This document shows positions 29,007-38,478 of a stretch of DNA of 64,000 nucleotides, piece after piece. Made by a program: the position numbers and the translations under genes. The notes beneath the pieces were generated by a model, which searched no databases, had not been told where the DNA came from, and was given only the letters and a program-made list of their open reading frames with translations. The stretch is from Terriglobia bacterium. GTDB taxonomy: Bacteria; Acidobacteriota; Terriglobia; 20CM-2-55-15. Numbering within the stretch: position 1 is the stretch's first letter; the number at the start of each line of letters is the position of its first letter. The stretch spans positions 192,001 through 256,000 of the forward strand of contig CAXWPJ010000012.1 of the NCBI GenBank assembly GCA_963664115.2, written 5' to 3'.

Positions 29007-29966
29007 ATGGAATTCATCACTCTCTTTGGAACGCCGAAACCTAAGGACCCCAGCGTCGTCGAGAAGATTCAGAATGCCGTCTCGCGTACGAAACATGAAT
29101 TTACCGGGCGACTCGAGGAGCTGGTCGAAGGTAAGAAGGAAATCGATTCCGAACTACTGGAAGATCTCGAAGCCATCATGATCGGGGCTGACATCGGGGC
29201 CGGAACGACGGCCGGAATTCTGGACGCAATCCGGGATCAGGTATCGCGGGAGACGCTGAAAGATCCCATCGAACTGCGAGCAGCATTGAAGAAGGAGCTC
29301 AGAAAGACCCTCGAAATAGAGACCCGGGCATACGCCGAGGTAGCCCCGGGCAACCCATTCGTCATTCTCGTCGTTGGAGTGAATGGAGTCGGTAAGACGA
29401 CGACCATCGCGAAACTCGCGCGCCGCTATGTGGCCGATGACAAGAAGGTCATGCTCTGCGCCGCTGACACGTTCCGGGCCGCAGCTATCGAGCAACTCGA
29501 AATCTGGGCTGAGCGCGTCGGCGTTCCGCTTGTGAAGCAGAAACCGGGTGCAGATCCCTCAGCTGTACTATTCGATACCCTCCGGTCGGCGAAAGCGCGC
29601 GGTGTCGACTATGTGATTGTCGACACCGCAGGCCGCCTGCACACCAAAAACAACCTGATGGCGGAACTGGAGAAAATGACTCGCATCGCGGCGCGCGAAG
29701 TCCCGGACGCACCACACGAAGTCCTGCTGGTCCTGGACGCAACAACGGGTCAGAATGGGCTCATTCAAGCTCGGGAATTCACCAAGACGGCCGATTTGAC
29801 AGGTCTGGTACTGACGAAGTTGGATGGCACAGCCAAGGGAGGCGTCGTGACATCGATCGTCAAAGAACTGGGGATTCCGATTCGGTTCATCGGCACAGGC
29901 GAAAAGATTGACGACCTCATCGAGTTTTCTGCCGACGATTTTGTCGATTCCCTCTTCGCGGCGTGA
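29007..29966 (+). CDS. ftsY: SRP receptor FtsY (no long acidic domain)
   Basis: [32 protein letters not shown]. Confidence 0.97.
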   Translation: MEFITLFGTPKPKDPSVVEKIQNAVSRTKHEFTGRLEELVEGKKEIDSELLEDLEAIMIGADIGAGTTAGILDAIRDQVSRETLKDPIELRAALKKELRKTLEIETRAYAEVAPGNPFVILVVGVNGVGKTTTIAKLARRYVADDKKVMLCAADTFRAAAIEQLEIWAERVGVPLVKQKPGADPSAVLFDTLRSAKARGVDYVIVDTAGRLHTKNNLMAELEKMTRIAAREVPDAPHEVLLVLDATTGQNGLIQAREFTKTADLTGLVLTKLDGTAKGGVVTSIVKELGIPIRFIGTGEKIDDLIEFSADDFVDSLFAA

Positions 29967-30006
29967 AGACAGTCCACAGATCGACACACATTCATCACAT
30001 CAGTTT

Positions 30007-30086
30007 TTCAACACGAAGACACGAAGGAAACGAAGTGGACCTATGTCTTCTGGACAAATAGTTTTCTTGGTGATGTTCGTGTTGAA
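30007..30086. repeat. Second, degenerate copy of the CACGAAG inverted-repeat element
   Basis: TTCAACACGAAGACACGAAGGAAACGAAG (30007-30035) ... TTCGTGTTGAA (30076-30086); same termini as the element at 15716-15808. Confidence 0.75.
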
Positions 30087-30125
30087 GATCGATATCTACG
30101 GTATTGTCAAATTGATCAGGATTTT

Positions 30126-31187
30126 GTGGTGAACGACGAAAAGTATATGCAGCGGGCGTTGGAGTTGGCCGAGCGGGGACGAGGGCTCACAAGTCCCGGG
30201 GCTATGGTGGGTGCCGTTGTCGTCAATGACGAGAAAATTGTCGGCGAGGGTTTCTATACTTGGGACGGTGTAGACCACGCCGAAAAGCAGGCGATGGCTG
30301 TCGCCGGCGACCGGGCACGCGGGGCAACTCTGTATGTGAGCCTGGAGCCCTGCGCACACCAGGGGCGAACCCCGCCCTGCGCCGAAGCCATTGTGGGCGC
30401 CGGAATCTCCCGGGTTGTCATCGCCATGGAAGATCCGAACCCGCAGGTTGATGGGCACGGAATCGCCCGACTCAAGCAAGCCGGCATCGAGGTCGAGTGC
30501 GGGCATTGCGGGAAGGAGGCACACGCGATCAACGAGGCGTTCGTCCATTCCACCCGAAGCGACCGGCCGTTTGGCGTTCTCAAGATCGCAATGTCACTGG
30601 ATGGGAAAATTGCGACGGGCAGTGGCGAGTCGCGATGGATCACGTCTGAAGAATCCCGCCACCGCGTTCAACTCCTGCGGCACCGAGCAGACGCGCTGCT
30701 GACCGGTAGCGGAACAGTGCTCACCGACGATCCCCTGTTGACGGACCGTAGTGGCATCAAACGGCGCCGACCTCTCATCCGTGCTGTCATCGATCGACGC
30801 GGGCGACTGGACTCACACCTCCAGATTTTTTCCACGCCTGGGGTTCTCGTGTACACGCAGGTGCCGCATCTGGAGCTCCCCGCATCTCACGAAGTCGTGT
30901 CTGGAACGACAGGCCTGCAGGACGTGGCCCGCGATCTGGCTGTTCGTGATGTGCAGACATTAATGCTGGAGTGCGGCCCTGATCTGGCATTCGATGCGCT
31001 CAGAAGCGGCATCATTGATAAAATAGTAACTTTCGTTGCCCCCCGGGTTCTCGGCGGACGGGAAATACCGGCTTTCGGGTCCGATGGAGTCGACCGTCTG
31101 GCCGACGCCGTAGAACTTAGAAACTGGCAGTTTGAAGGCATAGGTCCGGACTTGATGATTACAGCTTATGTTCACAGGGATCATTGA
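30126..31187 (+). CDS. ribD: Bifunctional riboflavin deaminase/reductase
   Basis: HAE, SLEPCAHQGRTPPC, KIAMSLDGKIA, GSGTVL.DDP.L. Confidence 0.95.
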   Translation: MVNDEKYMQRALELAERGRGLTSPGAMVGAVVVNDEKIVGEGFYTWDGVDHAEKQAMAVAGDRARGATLYVSLEPCAHQGRTPPCAEAIVGAGISRVVIAMEDPNPQVDGHGIARLKQAGIEVECGHCGKEAHAINEAFVHSTRSDRPFGVLKIAMSLDGKIATGSGESRWITSEESRHRVQLLRHRADALLTGSGTVLTDDPLLTDRSGIKRRRPLIRAVIDRRGRLDSHLQIFSTPGVLVYTQVPHLELPASHEVVSGTTGLQDVARDLAVRDVQTLMLECGPDLAFDALRSGIIDKIVTFVAPRVLGGREIPAFGSDGVDRLADAVELRNWQFEGIGPDLMITAYVHRDH

Positions 31188-31782
31188 AGAGGTGGGTGAA
31201 ATCGTGGGTGTAAGCGACACCGGCGACTTCCGGCGTGTCGTCATTCGGGCGCCTGGAGTGATTTCGGATATCGAAGCGGGATCCAGCGTCGCCACCGATG
31301 GTGTCTGCATTACGGCTCGCGAAGTGGAGGGCGATACCTTCACCGCGGACCTGTCACGCGAGACACTTGATCGCACAACGCTCAAACACGCCACCGCGGG
31401 CACCCAGGTCAATCTTGAACGCTCGATGGTTGTGGATGGACGATTCGGCGGCCATATCGTTCAAGGTCATGTCGACGGCGTCGGCAAGATCGATAGCTTT
31501 GACCGGGCAGGCAACGAGTGGATTCTCCGGATCAAGTATGATTCGATCGATTCGGCGCCACTGGTTGGGAAAGGATCTGTAGCAGTGAACGGAATCAGCC
31601 TGACCGTGGCCACTCTGGAAGAGCAAACGTTCACGATCGCGATCATTCCCTTCACTCTGGAGAATACGAACCTGCAACATAGAAAACCGGGAGATGAGGT
31701 TAACGTCGAATTTGATGTACTGGCCAAGTACGTTGAAAAGCTTGTCGGCGGTTATCTGAAACACATCGAGGGAGCAAAGTAA
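31168..31782 (+). CDS. ribE: Riboflavin synthase (alpha)
   Basis: [36 protein letters not shown]. Confidence 0.96.
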   Translation: MFTGIIEEVGEIVGVSDTGDFRRVVIRAPGVISDIEAGSSVATDGVCITAREVEGDTFTADLSRETLDRTTLKHATAGTQVNLERSMVVDGRFGGHIVQGHVDGVGKIDSFDRAGNEWILRIKYDSIDSAPLVGKGSVAVNGISLTVATLEEQTFTIAIIPFTLENTNLQHRKPGDEVNVEFDVLAKYVEKLVGGYLKHIEGAK

Positions 31783-31786
31783 ATAG

Positions 31787-32932
31787 ATGACGTTTGCCGA
31801 TGTAGACGAAGCGATCGCAGCAATCAACAACGGTCGAATGATCATCATCGTGGATGACGAAGATCGGGAGAACGAAGGGGATCTGATGATCGCCGCCGAA
31901 AAGGTGACACCGGAAGCGATCAATTTCATGGCGACGCATGGACGCGGCTTGATCTGTCTCCCGATGGCGGGAGACAGGCTCGACACGCTCCATATTCCCT
32001 TGATGGTTTCCGATACCACCAACACCTCCACCTACGGGACCGCATTCTGTGTTTCGGTCGAAGCCAAGCGTAATGTCTCGACGGGGATCTCGGCGCCGGA
32101 CAGGGCTCAGACGATACTGACAGCTATCGACCCAACGACAGAAGCCAGCGATCTGGCACGGCCCGGTCATATCTTCCCATTGCGGGCCCGGGACGGGGGC
32201 GTACTGGTCCGTGCCGGCCAAACGGAAGCCTCGGTCGATCTTGCCCGAATTTCGGGGCTCGATCCCAGCGCCGTCATCTGCGAAATCATGCGGAAGGACG
32301 GCACCATGGCCCGAACACCCGATCTCATGGAATTCGCCCAACGGCACGGCCTGCTCATCGTCACCGTTGCCGACGTCATCCAGTACCGGCTCCGTACCGA
32401 GCGCTTTGTCCAAAAAGTTTCGGAAACTGTTCTGCCTACGGAATACGGCGATTTTCGGATGATTGCCTTCGAAAGTACCATCGACGGCGAAACCCACGTC
32501 GCCCTGGTTCGGGGCGATATCGAAAACGGGGAGAACGTTCTGGTGCGCGTCCACTCCCACTGCCTTACCGGCGATGTTTTCGGGTCTTCCCAATGCCACT
32601 GCCGCAAGCAGATAGAACGGGCGCTGGAGATGATTGCCGCCGAAGATCGGGGAGTCCTGCTTTACCTCCATCAGACGGGTCGCGGTTTCAACATCGTGAA
32701 TACAATTGACGGCCGCCAACTCGAATATCACGGCAAGCACGACATCGATGTGAACGAAACGATAGGACTCAAGGGCGAACAGAGGGAATATGGGATCGGA
32801 ATTCAGATTCTGGCGGCACTGAATATTCGTTCACTGCGAATTTTGACGAACCACCCGAGAAAGTTGGTGGCGCTGAAGGGCCACGGCTTGAAAGTGGTGG
32901 ATCAGGTGCCTTTGGGCGACCCAAGTAATTGA
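31787..32932 (+). CDS. ribBA: DHBP synthase fused to a degenerate GTP cyclohydrolase II domain
   Basis: [28 protein letters not shown]; C-terminal [11 protein letters not shown]...C.C with altered catalytic motifs. Confidence 0.9.
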   Translation: MTFADVDEAIAAINNGRMIIIVDDEDRENEGDLMIAAEKVTPEAINFMATHGRGLICLPMAGDRLDTLHIPLMVSDTTNTSTYGTAFCVSVEAKRNVSTGISAPDRAQTILTAIDPTTEASDLARPGHIFPLRARDGGVLVRAGQTEASVDLARISGLDPSAVICEIMRKDGTMARTPDLMEFAQRHGLLIVTVADVIQYRLRTERFVQKVSETVLPTEYGDFRMIAFESTIDGETHVALVRGDIENGENVLVRVHSHCLTGDVFGSSQCHCRKQIERALEMIAAEDRGVLLYLHQTGRGFNIVNTIDGRQLEYHGKHDIDVNETIGLKGEQREYGIGIQILAALNIRSLRILTNHPRKLVALKGHGLKVVDQVPLGDPSN

Positions 32933-33092
32933 ATTATAAGTAGATCCATCTTCCCGTCCAAAGCCGACATGAGGTATGGTAGGGTTGCGCGGGATTTATA
33001 CGGATTCCAGAGATTCCACGGTTTCGACAGAAATGGCGTTCATCGTGTGGATTCAAAGAATAATACGCGACAGGAAGGCATATTAGCTGTAG

Positions 33093-34766
33093 ATGTCGGA
33101 CCGGGAAATCATAATTGAGAGCCTCGCCAAGGCCGGATCCCGCATTCGGACGAACCGCCTGATCGGACGATTCGCTCGAGCCCTGTCCATCTTTATCGCC
33201 ATCGCCGTATTCGTAACAGCTGTTAATATTTTCATTCCGCTGGGTCGGACGGTTCTTGGGGCGTTCTGGGTTCTTTGGTTGCTTGCGCTCGCCGCCGACG
33301 TCGTAAGGAACCTGGGACCACGGACTGGGCTATCTGAAGCAGCCGCCGACGTCGATCGAGAGGCACGCTTAAAGGATGAAGTGGTCAGTGCGTATTGGTT
33401 CCTGAACCAGAACGCCAACAATCCATGGATTGACCTTCAGATCCGTCGTGCCGCCGCCACTGTCCGCGGCTTGGACATCCGGGGACTGTATCCCAGAATT
33501 TTTCCACCGGCCTCCTATATCGCTGCGGGAGGGCTCGTTCTTTTGGTTGCGCTCAATTTTGCTCCGATCGAACCCGGAGCGATCGATCTTTTTCCGAGCG
33601 CCCCGCCCGAGATTGATGCTCCACTCGAAACCGAGGAACTCTTCGACGAAATAGAAGAACTGCTCGACCGAGCCGAAGAACTACAACCGTCTCAGAGTAT
33701 CGAGGAGTTTCAGGCACTGCTGGAGTCGCTTGAGAACTCCGAGGTCGCGCTCGAAGAGGCGGAACAACAAATGGAGGATGTCGAGTCGCTGATTGACGAA
33801 GGGAACCTCACCGTCGCCGGTATTCTGGAAGGCCTGGAAGAAGTGGGTGAGGACCTCCAGCAGTCGGAGGACACTCAAATGGCCGGACAGGGACTCATTG
33901 AGGGCAACCTTGGTGAAGCGGCGTCGGAACTCGAGGAGCTTGCAGAAGAGATCAGTGCTGGCCGTGAACCTGCGTCGGACCTGGATGATGCCCTGCGGGA
34001 AGCCGCAGGGAACAGAAGGCCCGGCCTGGAAGAGTTGGCTAGTCAGCTGGAGGCAGGGGCAGCGGGACTGGATAGCGAGAACCTGGAAGCGGTCGAACAG
34101 GCCTTGGTCGGATCCGCCGAATCACTGAACCAGCTGGCAAACATCATTGAAAGCCAACGATTGCAGAACGAGGCGGCGGCTCGGATGGACGCGCTTCAAG
34201 ACGCTCTGAGAGAAGCCCAGGCAGAGACCGAGATCTCCGAAATCGATCTTCCGGACGATTTGATCACACCGAACGACGAGGTGCAGACGCCCTTTTCAAC
34301 CGGAGAAGGCGCCCCGCAACCAGGTGAGGGGGATGGCACCGGAAACGAAGAGACGACGGGGCAGGATATGTCGGAACTGGACCTGCCATCGGAATCGGGT
34401 GGTGAGGGCGGCGCACAAGCCGGCGAGGCTCCGGGGCAGAACCCTGAGAACCTCAACGCCGATGCCAATGGTCTGATACCGATGGGATACGGTTATTCGC
34501 CGGAGATCAATGAGGGAGCGGCAACAAGTCTGGAAGTTCAGCTCCAGGAAGAGCTCGTCGAAGTGATGCTGGACGAGATCGCCAGTGAAACCGAGGAAGA
34601 ACCGCAGGAATTGTCTTCACGCAGGGAGGCGTCGGCTCTGGACTACAGGAACGCACCGTCCGATTTGACTCCGGCACAGCAGGGCCTGCTGAATCCCGAC
34701 CGGATTCCGCGCGAATACCAGAACCTCATCAAGGAGTATTTCGAGGCCATTCGGACCGAACAATGA
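33093..34766 (+). CDS. Membrane-anchored acidic coiled-coil protein (DUF4175-like C-terminus)
   Basis: Three N-terminal TM segments, E/D-rich helical body, C-terminal IPREYQNLIKEYF; first gene of the MoxR/vWA operon. Confidence 0.7.
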   Translation: MSDREIIIESLAKAGSRIRTNRLIGRFARALSIFIAIAVFVTAVNIFIPLGRTVLGAFWVLWLLALAADVVRNLGPRTGLSEAAADVDREARLKDEVVSAYWFLNQNANNPWIDLQIRRAAATVRGLDIRGLYPRIFPPASYIAAGGLVLLVALNFAPIEPGAIDLFPSAPPEIDAPLETEELFDEIEELLDRAEELQPSQSIEEFQALLESLENSEVALEEAEQQMEDVESLIDEGNLTVAGILEGLEEVGEDLQQSEDTQMAGQGLIEGNLGEAASELEELAEEISAGREPASDLDDALREAAGNRRPGLEELASQLEAGAAGLDSENLEAVEQALVGSAESLNQLANIIESQRLQNEAAARMDALQDALREAQAETEISEIDLPDDLITPNDEVQTPFSTGEGAPQPGEGDGTGNEETTGQDMSELDLPSESGGEGGAQAGEAPGQNPENLNADANGLIPMGYGYSPEINEGAATSLEVQLQEELVEVMLDEIASETEEEPQELSSRREASALDYRNAPSDLTPAQQGLLNPDRIPREYQNLIKEYFEAIRTEQ

Positions 34767-35752
34767 TCGTAGAACTGGACCAACAGATCGAACTGTTCCA
34801 ACGGCGGTTCAATTTAGTCAAAACAGAAGTCTCCAAGGTCATCGTCGGTTACGACGAGATTATCGACGGCATTCTGATGGGACTGCTCGCCAGAGGTCAC
34901 GTCCTCCTGGAAGGCGTACCCGGACTCGGAAAAACGAAGCTCGTGCAGACGCTCAGCGGAGCTCTGCAGCTTCGTTTTTCCCGTATACAGTTCACGCCCG
35001 ACCTCATGCCCGCCGACATCACGGGAACGAACGTCATCCAGCAAAACGACGCCGGTGAAAAGCTTCTCCAGTTTCAACCGGGACCGCTGTTTGGAAACAT
35101 CATCCTGGCAGACGAAATCAACAGGGCGACGCCCAAAACACAGTCGGCCCTGCTGGAAGCCATGCAGGAGAAGACGGTGACGGTAGGCAAGGAAAGCTAT
35201 CAGCTGGAGTTGCCGTTCTTTGTTCTGGCGACTCAGAATCCCCTCGAAATGGAAGGCACCTATCCGCTGCCGGAAGCTCAATTGGACCGTTTCTTCATGA
35301 AATTGAGGGTGGACTATCCCAGCATTCAAAGCATGCACATCATCCTGAACCGGACGACCAGGACGGGTGAGCCGATGCCGGAACGTGTGCTGGCGGGCCC
35401 GCAGATTCTTGAAATGAGGGAAACAGTTCTGGCCGTTCCGATCGCGCGCCCTGTGCAGGAGTACGCCGTACGACTGGTTCTGGCGACACACCCGGACACA
35501 CCGGAAGCTCACGCGATGACGAACCAGTATGTTCGCTATGGCGCGAGTCCGCGCGGCGCCCAAGCGCTTGTGCTGGGGGGCAAGATTCGCGCCCTGTTGC
35601 ACAATCGAGTGCACGTTTCCGCCGAGGATATCCGCGCGATAACGCTTTCCGTTCTCCGGCATCGTGTGCTGCTGAACTTCGAAGGTGAAGCCGAACAGAT
35701 CGAGACCGACGCCATCCTGGAAGCCATCCTGAGAGACACACCCGAACCATAG
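34763..35752 (+). CDS. moxR: MoxR family AAA+ ATPase (second paralogue)
   Basis: EGVPGLGKT, IQFTPDLMPAD, LADEINRATPKTQSALLEAMQE, GASPR. Confidence 0.95.
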   Translation: MIVELDQQIELFQRRFNLVKTEVSKVIVGYDEIIDGILMGLLARGHVLLEGVPGLGKTKLVQTLSGALQLRFSRIQFTPDLMPADITGTNVIQQNDAGEKLLQFQPGPLFGNIILADEINRATPKTQSALLEAMQEKTVTVGKESYQLELPFFVLATQNPLEMEGTYPLPEAQLDRFFMKLRVDYPSIQSMHIILNRTTRTGEPMPERVLAGPQILEMRETVLAVPIARPVQEYAVRLVLATHPDTPEAHAMTNQYVRYGASPRGAQALVLGGKIRALLHNRVHVSAEDIRAITLSVLRHRVLLNFEGEAEQIETDAILEAILRDTPEP

Positions 35753-35766
35753 CCATACCCCAACCA

Positions 35767-36654
35767 ATGCCGACGACAGCCATCGCGGGATTCGATGAAC
35801 ACTTCATGCGAAAGCTGGAGTACCTGGCGTTGGTTTCCAAGCGCTTCTCAGGTCAATTCAAAGCGGAAAGACGGGCCAAGAAACTCGGGTCGGGACTCGA
35901 GTTCGCCGATTATCGCGGTTACGTACCCGGAGATGACTTCCGGTATCTGGACTGGAAGACCTATCTTCGGCTGGGTAAGCTCCTGCTGCGGCTCTACGAA
36001 GAGGAACAGGACCTGCCCATATATGTCTTCGTCGACTGCAGCCAATCGATGAACTACGGATCGCCCTCGAAACTGGAGTATGCTCGCAAGGTAGCAGCCG
36101 CCCTGTGCTATATCGGCCTTGCAAATCTGGACCGTGTCACCGTGGTCGCCTACGCCGAGGGAATCCAGCGTGAGTTATCCCCGCAACGGGGCAAAGGCCA
36201 GGTTTTTCGCGTGTTCGAGTTCCTGTCCGAGATGGAAGCGGGTGGAGAAACCCATGCCAAGGAAGCCTTCAAACTTTTCTGCGCCGGCAATCGACGCCGC
36301 GGCCTGGCGGTGGTCATCTCCGATTTCTTCGATCCAAATGGATTTGAGCGCGGATTGAATATGCTTCACTACTTCAAGCACGACGTTTTCGTTGTTCAGG
36401 TGGCTGCACACGAAGACGTGGATCCGGGTATCAGTGGTCAACTGCAGCTGGTCGACTCGGAAAGCCGTATCAGCCGGGACGTGGCAGTAACGCCGGAACT
36501 GCTCAAGGCATACAAGAAGGAGATGACTCGTTTCTCGGATGAACTGGGACATCATTGTGTTAAGTACCGGTTGGGTTACGTGCGGACCGTTACTGATTTC
36601 CCATTCGAAGACCTGATACTCCAGGTATTTCGTCAGGGTCGATTCCTCAAATGA
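35767..36654 (+). CDS. DUF58 domain protein (vWA-like)
   Basis: GLEFADYRGYVPGDDFRYLDWK, DCSQSM, ISDF. Confidence 0.92.
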   Translation: MPTTAIAGFDEHFMRKLEYLALVSKRFSGQFKAERRAKKLGSGLEFADYRGYVPGDDFRYLDWKTYLRLGKLLLRLYEEEQDLPIYVFVDCSQSMNYGSPSKLEYARKVAAALCYIGLANLDRVTVVAYAEGIQRELSPQRGKGQVFRVFEFLSEMEAGGETHAKEAFKLFCAGNRRRGLAVVISDFFDPNGFERGLNMLHYFKHDVFVVQVAAHEDVDPGISGQLQLVDSESRISRDVAVTPELLKAYKKEMTRFSDELGHHCVKYRLGYVRTVTDFPFEDLILQVFRQGRFLK

Positions 36655-38435
36655 GCTTTGTCGCATTGTCCATGACCCAGGCTCTGCTGCTTGCGGCGTT
36701 GACCGCAGGTGCGGTGTTGGTGCTGTTTTTCCTCAAGCTCCGTCATCGCCGTGTCGTCGTGGGTTCCTCGCTTCTCTGGCAGCGAATACTCGACCACAGG
36801 GATTCCGTATCCCTGTGGGAGAAATTGCGGCGATGGATATCGTTGGCCGTCGCTCTGACGATCGCGCTGCTGATCGCGCTCGCCCTCGGACGGCCGTATT
36901 TCATCGGAACCTTTGAAGGCCCCATCGGCCCCGTGATCGTTGTACTCGATACGTCTCCTTCGATGGAAACCCGGACCGCTTCGGGGCAGACGCGTTGGGA
37001 CCTGGCCGTGGACGAGACGGAACTGATTCTCAGTAGCCATTCTGGTTCGGGCTTCATGGTCGCCGACACGTCCGGACGGGTCCTGACGCTTTTGACCGAG
37101 GATCGAAACGAAATTTCGAGCGCTATACGACGGATGCGTCCTTTTGGCGGAACCCGAAAGTTTCCAACGATTCCAGAGGAAAGTGCCCGTGTCTATTTCA
37201 TTACCGATGGTGTCGATCCCGTTGAGGTGCCTGAATCGGTGACTCGGGTATCGGTGTTTGAGTCCGCCGACAATGTCGGTATTACGGCGTTCGATGTCCA
37301 GGTCGATCCCACGAGCCAGTCCGGTTACATGGCGTATCTGGAAGTGGTGAACTATTCGGATGAAGCCAAGGACGCGCGAGTCCTGCTCAGCGGAGTGGGA
37401 GGACAACGACTCACGCAGGATCTCATCCTCAATCCGGAAGAACCCTGGAGCATTTCCTTGGATCTCGCCGACTTCCAGGGGGGAGGCATGCGCGTTAGCG
37501 TACAAGCGCCCGGTGACGCATTCACTCTGGACGATGTAGCGTTCAGCTACCTTCCTACCCCCACGAACAACCAGGTAACGCTGGTCACCGACTCAGTAAA
37601 CGGCTACCTGGAGACCTTGCTGGAGCTCTCTCCGAGAGTAGAATTGAGCGTTGTCCGACCTGCGGACTTCGAGAACGATCCCAGCACCGACGCCTATGTG
37701 TTCGAAAGCTTCGTCCCCGATGAATCCCCGACCCGACCCAGTCTGGTGTTCGGCTCCGGAGGGGTCGATTGGCTGCCGAATCAAATCGGAAATCAGGTTG
37801 AACCCGTCATTACCACATGGAACGAAGACCACCCGGTCATGCAATCGGTGCCTGTTTACGATCTGAAGATCGATGAGTCTCAGATTTTGGACTTGAGCAA
37901 CGATTCGGAGGGCCGCACGGTCGTCGCGGCATCGGAGGAAACACCTCTGATTGTGGTTCAATCTGGCATGACCGGACCCAGAACTGTGTTCGTGGCTTTT
38001 GATCTCGCGGCTTCCGATTTCGCGTTTCACCTCGGTTTCCCGATCTTCGTCGAAAATGTCATGGCCTGGTTCTCCGGAGAAGGACTCGCCGAACGACACA
38101 GTCTGGGCGCAATCGAACTGCCGCCCGACACGACCTCCGTGACGCGTTTGGACGGGACAGAGGTAAGCACTGAAATTCGATTCGGACGGCAAGTCATCGA
38201 GGCCACCGAAGCTGACCTCTATACGGCTATTTCCGAGGGACGTCGTATTCGCGTGACTGCAAACCTCACGGACTCCAGACTGTCGAATGTCAATCAGACA
38301 TCGATCACATCGGATTCGGGATTGGGGCTGGACATGATTCTCGCAGGCAACGAACTCTGGTCGTTCATGCTGTTTGCCGCTCTACTGCTGGTCGGTCTCG
38401 AATGGTGGACCTACAACCGACGAATTACTCTTTGA
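36651..38435 (+). CDS. BatA N-terminal + vWA domain membrane protein
   Basis: N-terminal double TM with SSLLW and ALGRP, MIDAS DTSPSM, C-terminal LLLVGLEWW. Confidence 0.85.
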   Translation: MSFVALSMTQALLLAALTAGAVLVLFFLKLRHRRVVVGSSLLWQRILDHRDSVSLWEKLRRWISLAVALTIALLIALALGRPYFIGTFEGPIGPVIVVLDTSPSMETRTASGQTRWDLAVDETELILSSHSGSGFMVADTSGRVLTLLTEDRNEISSAIRRMRPFGGTRKFPTIPEESARVYFITDGVDPVEVPESVTRVSVFESADNVGITAFDVQVDPTSQSGYMAYLEVVNYSDEAKDARVLLSGVGGQRLTQDLILNPEEPWSISLDLADFQGGGMRVSVQAPGDAFTLDDVAFSYLPTPTNNQVTLVTDSVNGYLETLLELSPRVELSVVRPADFENDPSTDAYVFESFVPDESPTRPSLVFGSGGVDWLPNQIGNQVEPVITTWNEDHPVMQSVPVYDLKIDESQILDLSNDSEGRTVVAASEETPLIVVQSGMTGPRTVFVAFDLAASDFAFHLGFPIFVENVMAWFSGEGLAERHSLGAIELPPDTTSVTRLDGTEVSTEIRFGRQVIEATEADLYTAISEGRRIRVTANLTDSRLSNVNQTSITSDSGLGLDMILAGNELWSFMLFAALLLVGLEWWTYNRRITL

Positions 38436-38478
38436 GGAGACTTCCTGCGCAGTCTGATGAGAAGATAAGAAAACTCTT

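Noticed and set aside
19007-35122. Shared nucleotide words such as CTGGCAGACGAAATCAA at about 19007 and 35106
   Set aside because: Explained by the conserved LADEINR motif of the two moxR paralogues, not a repeat element.
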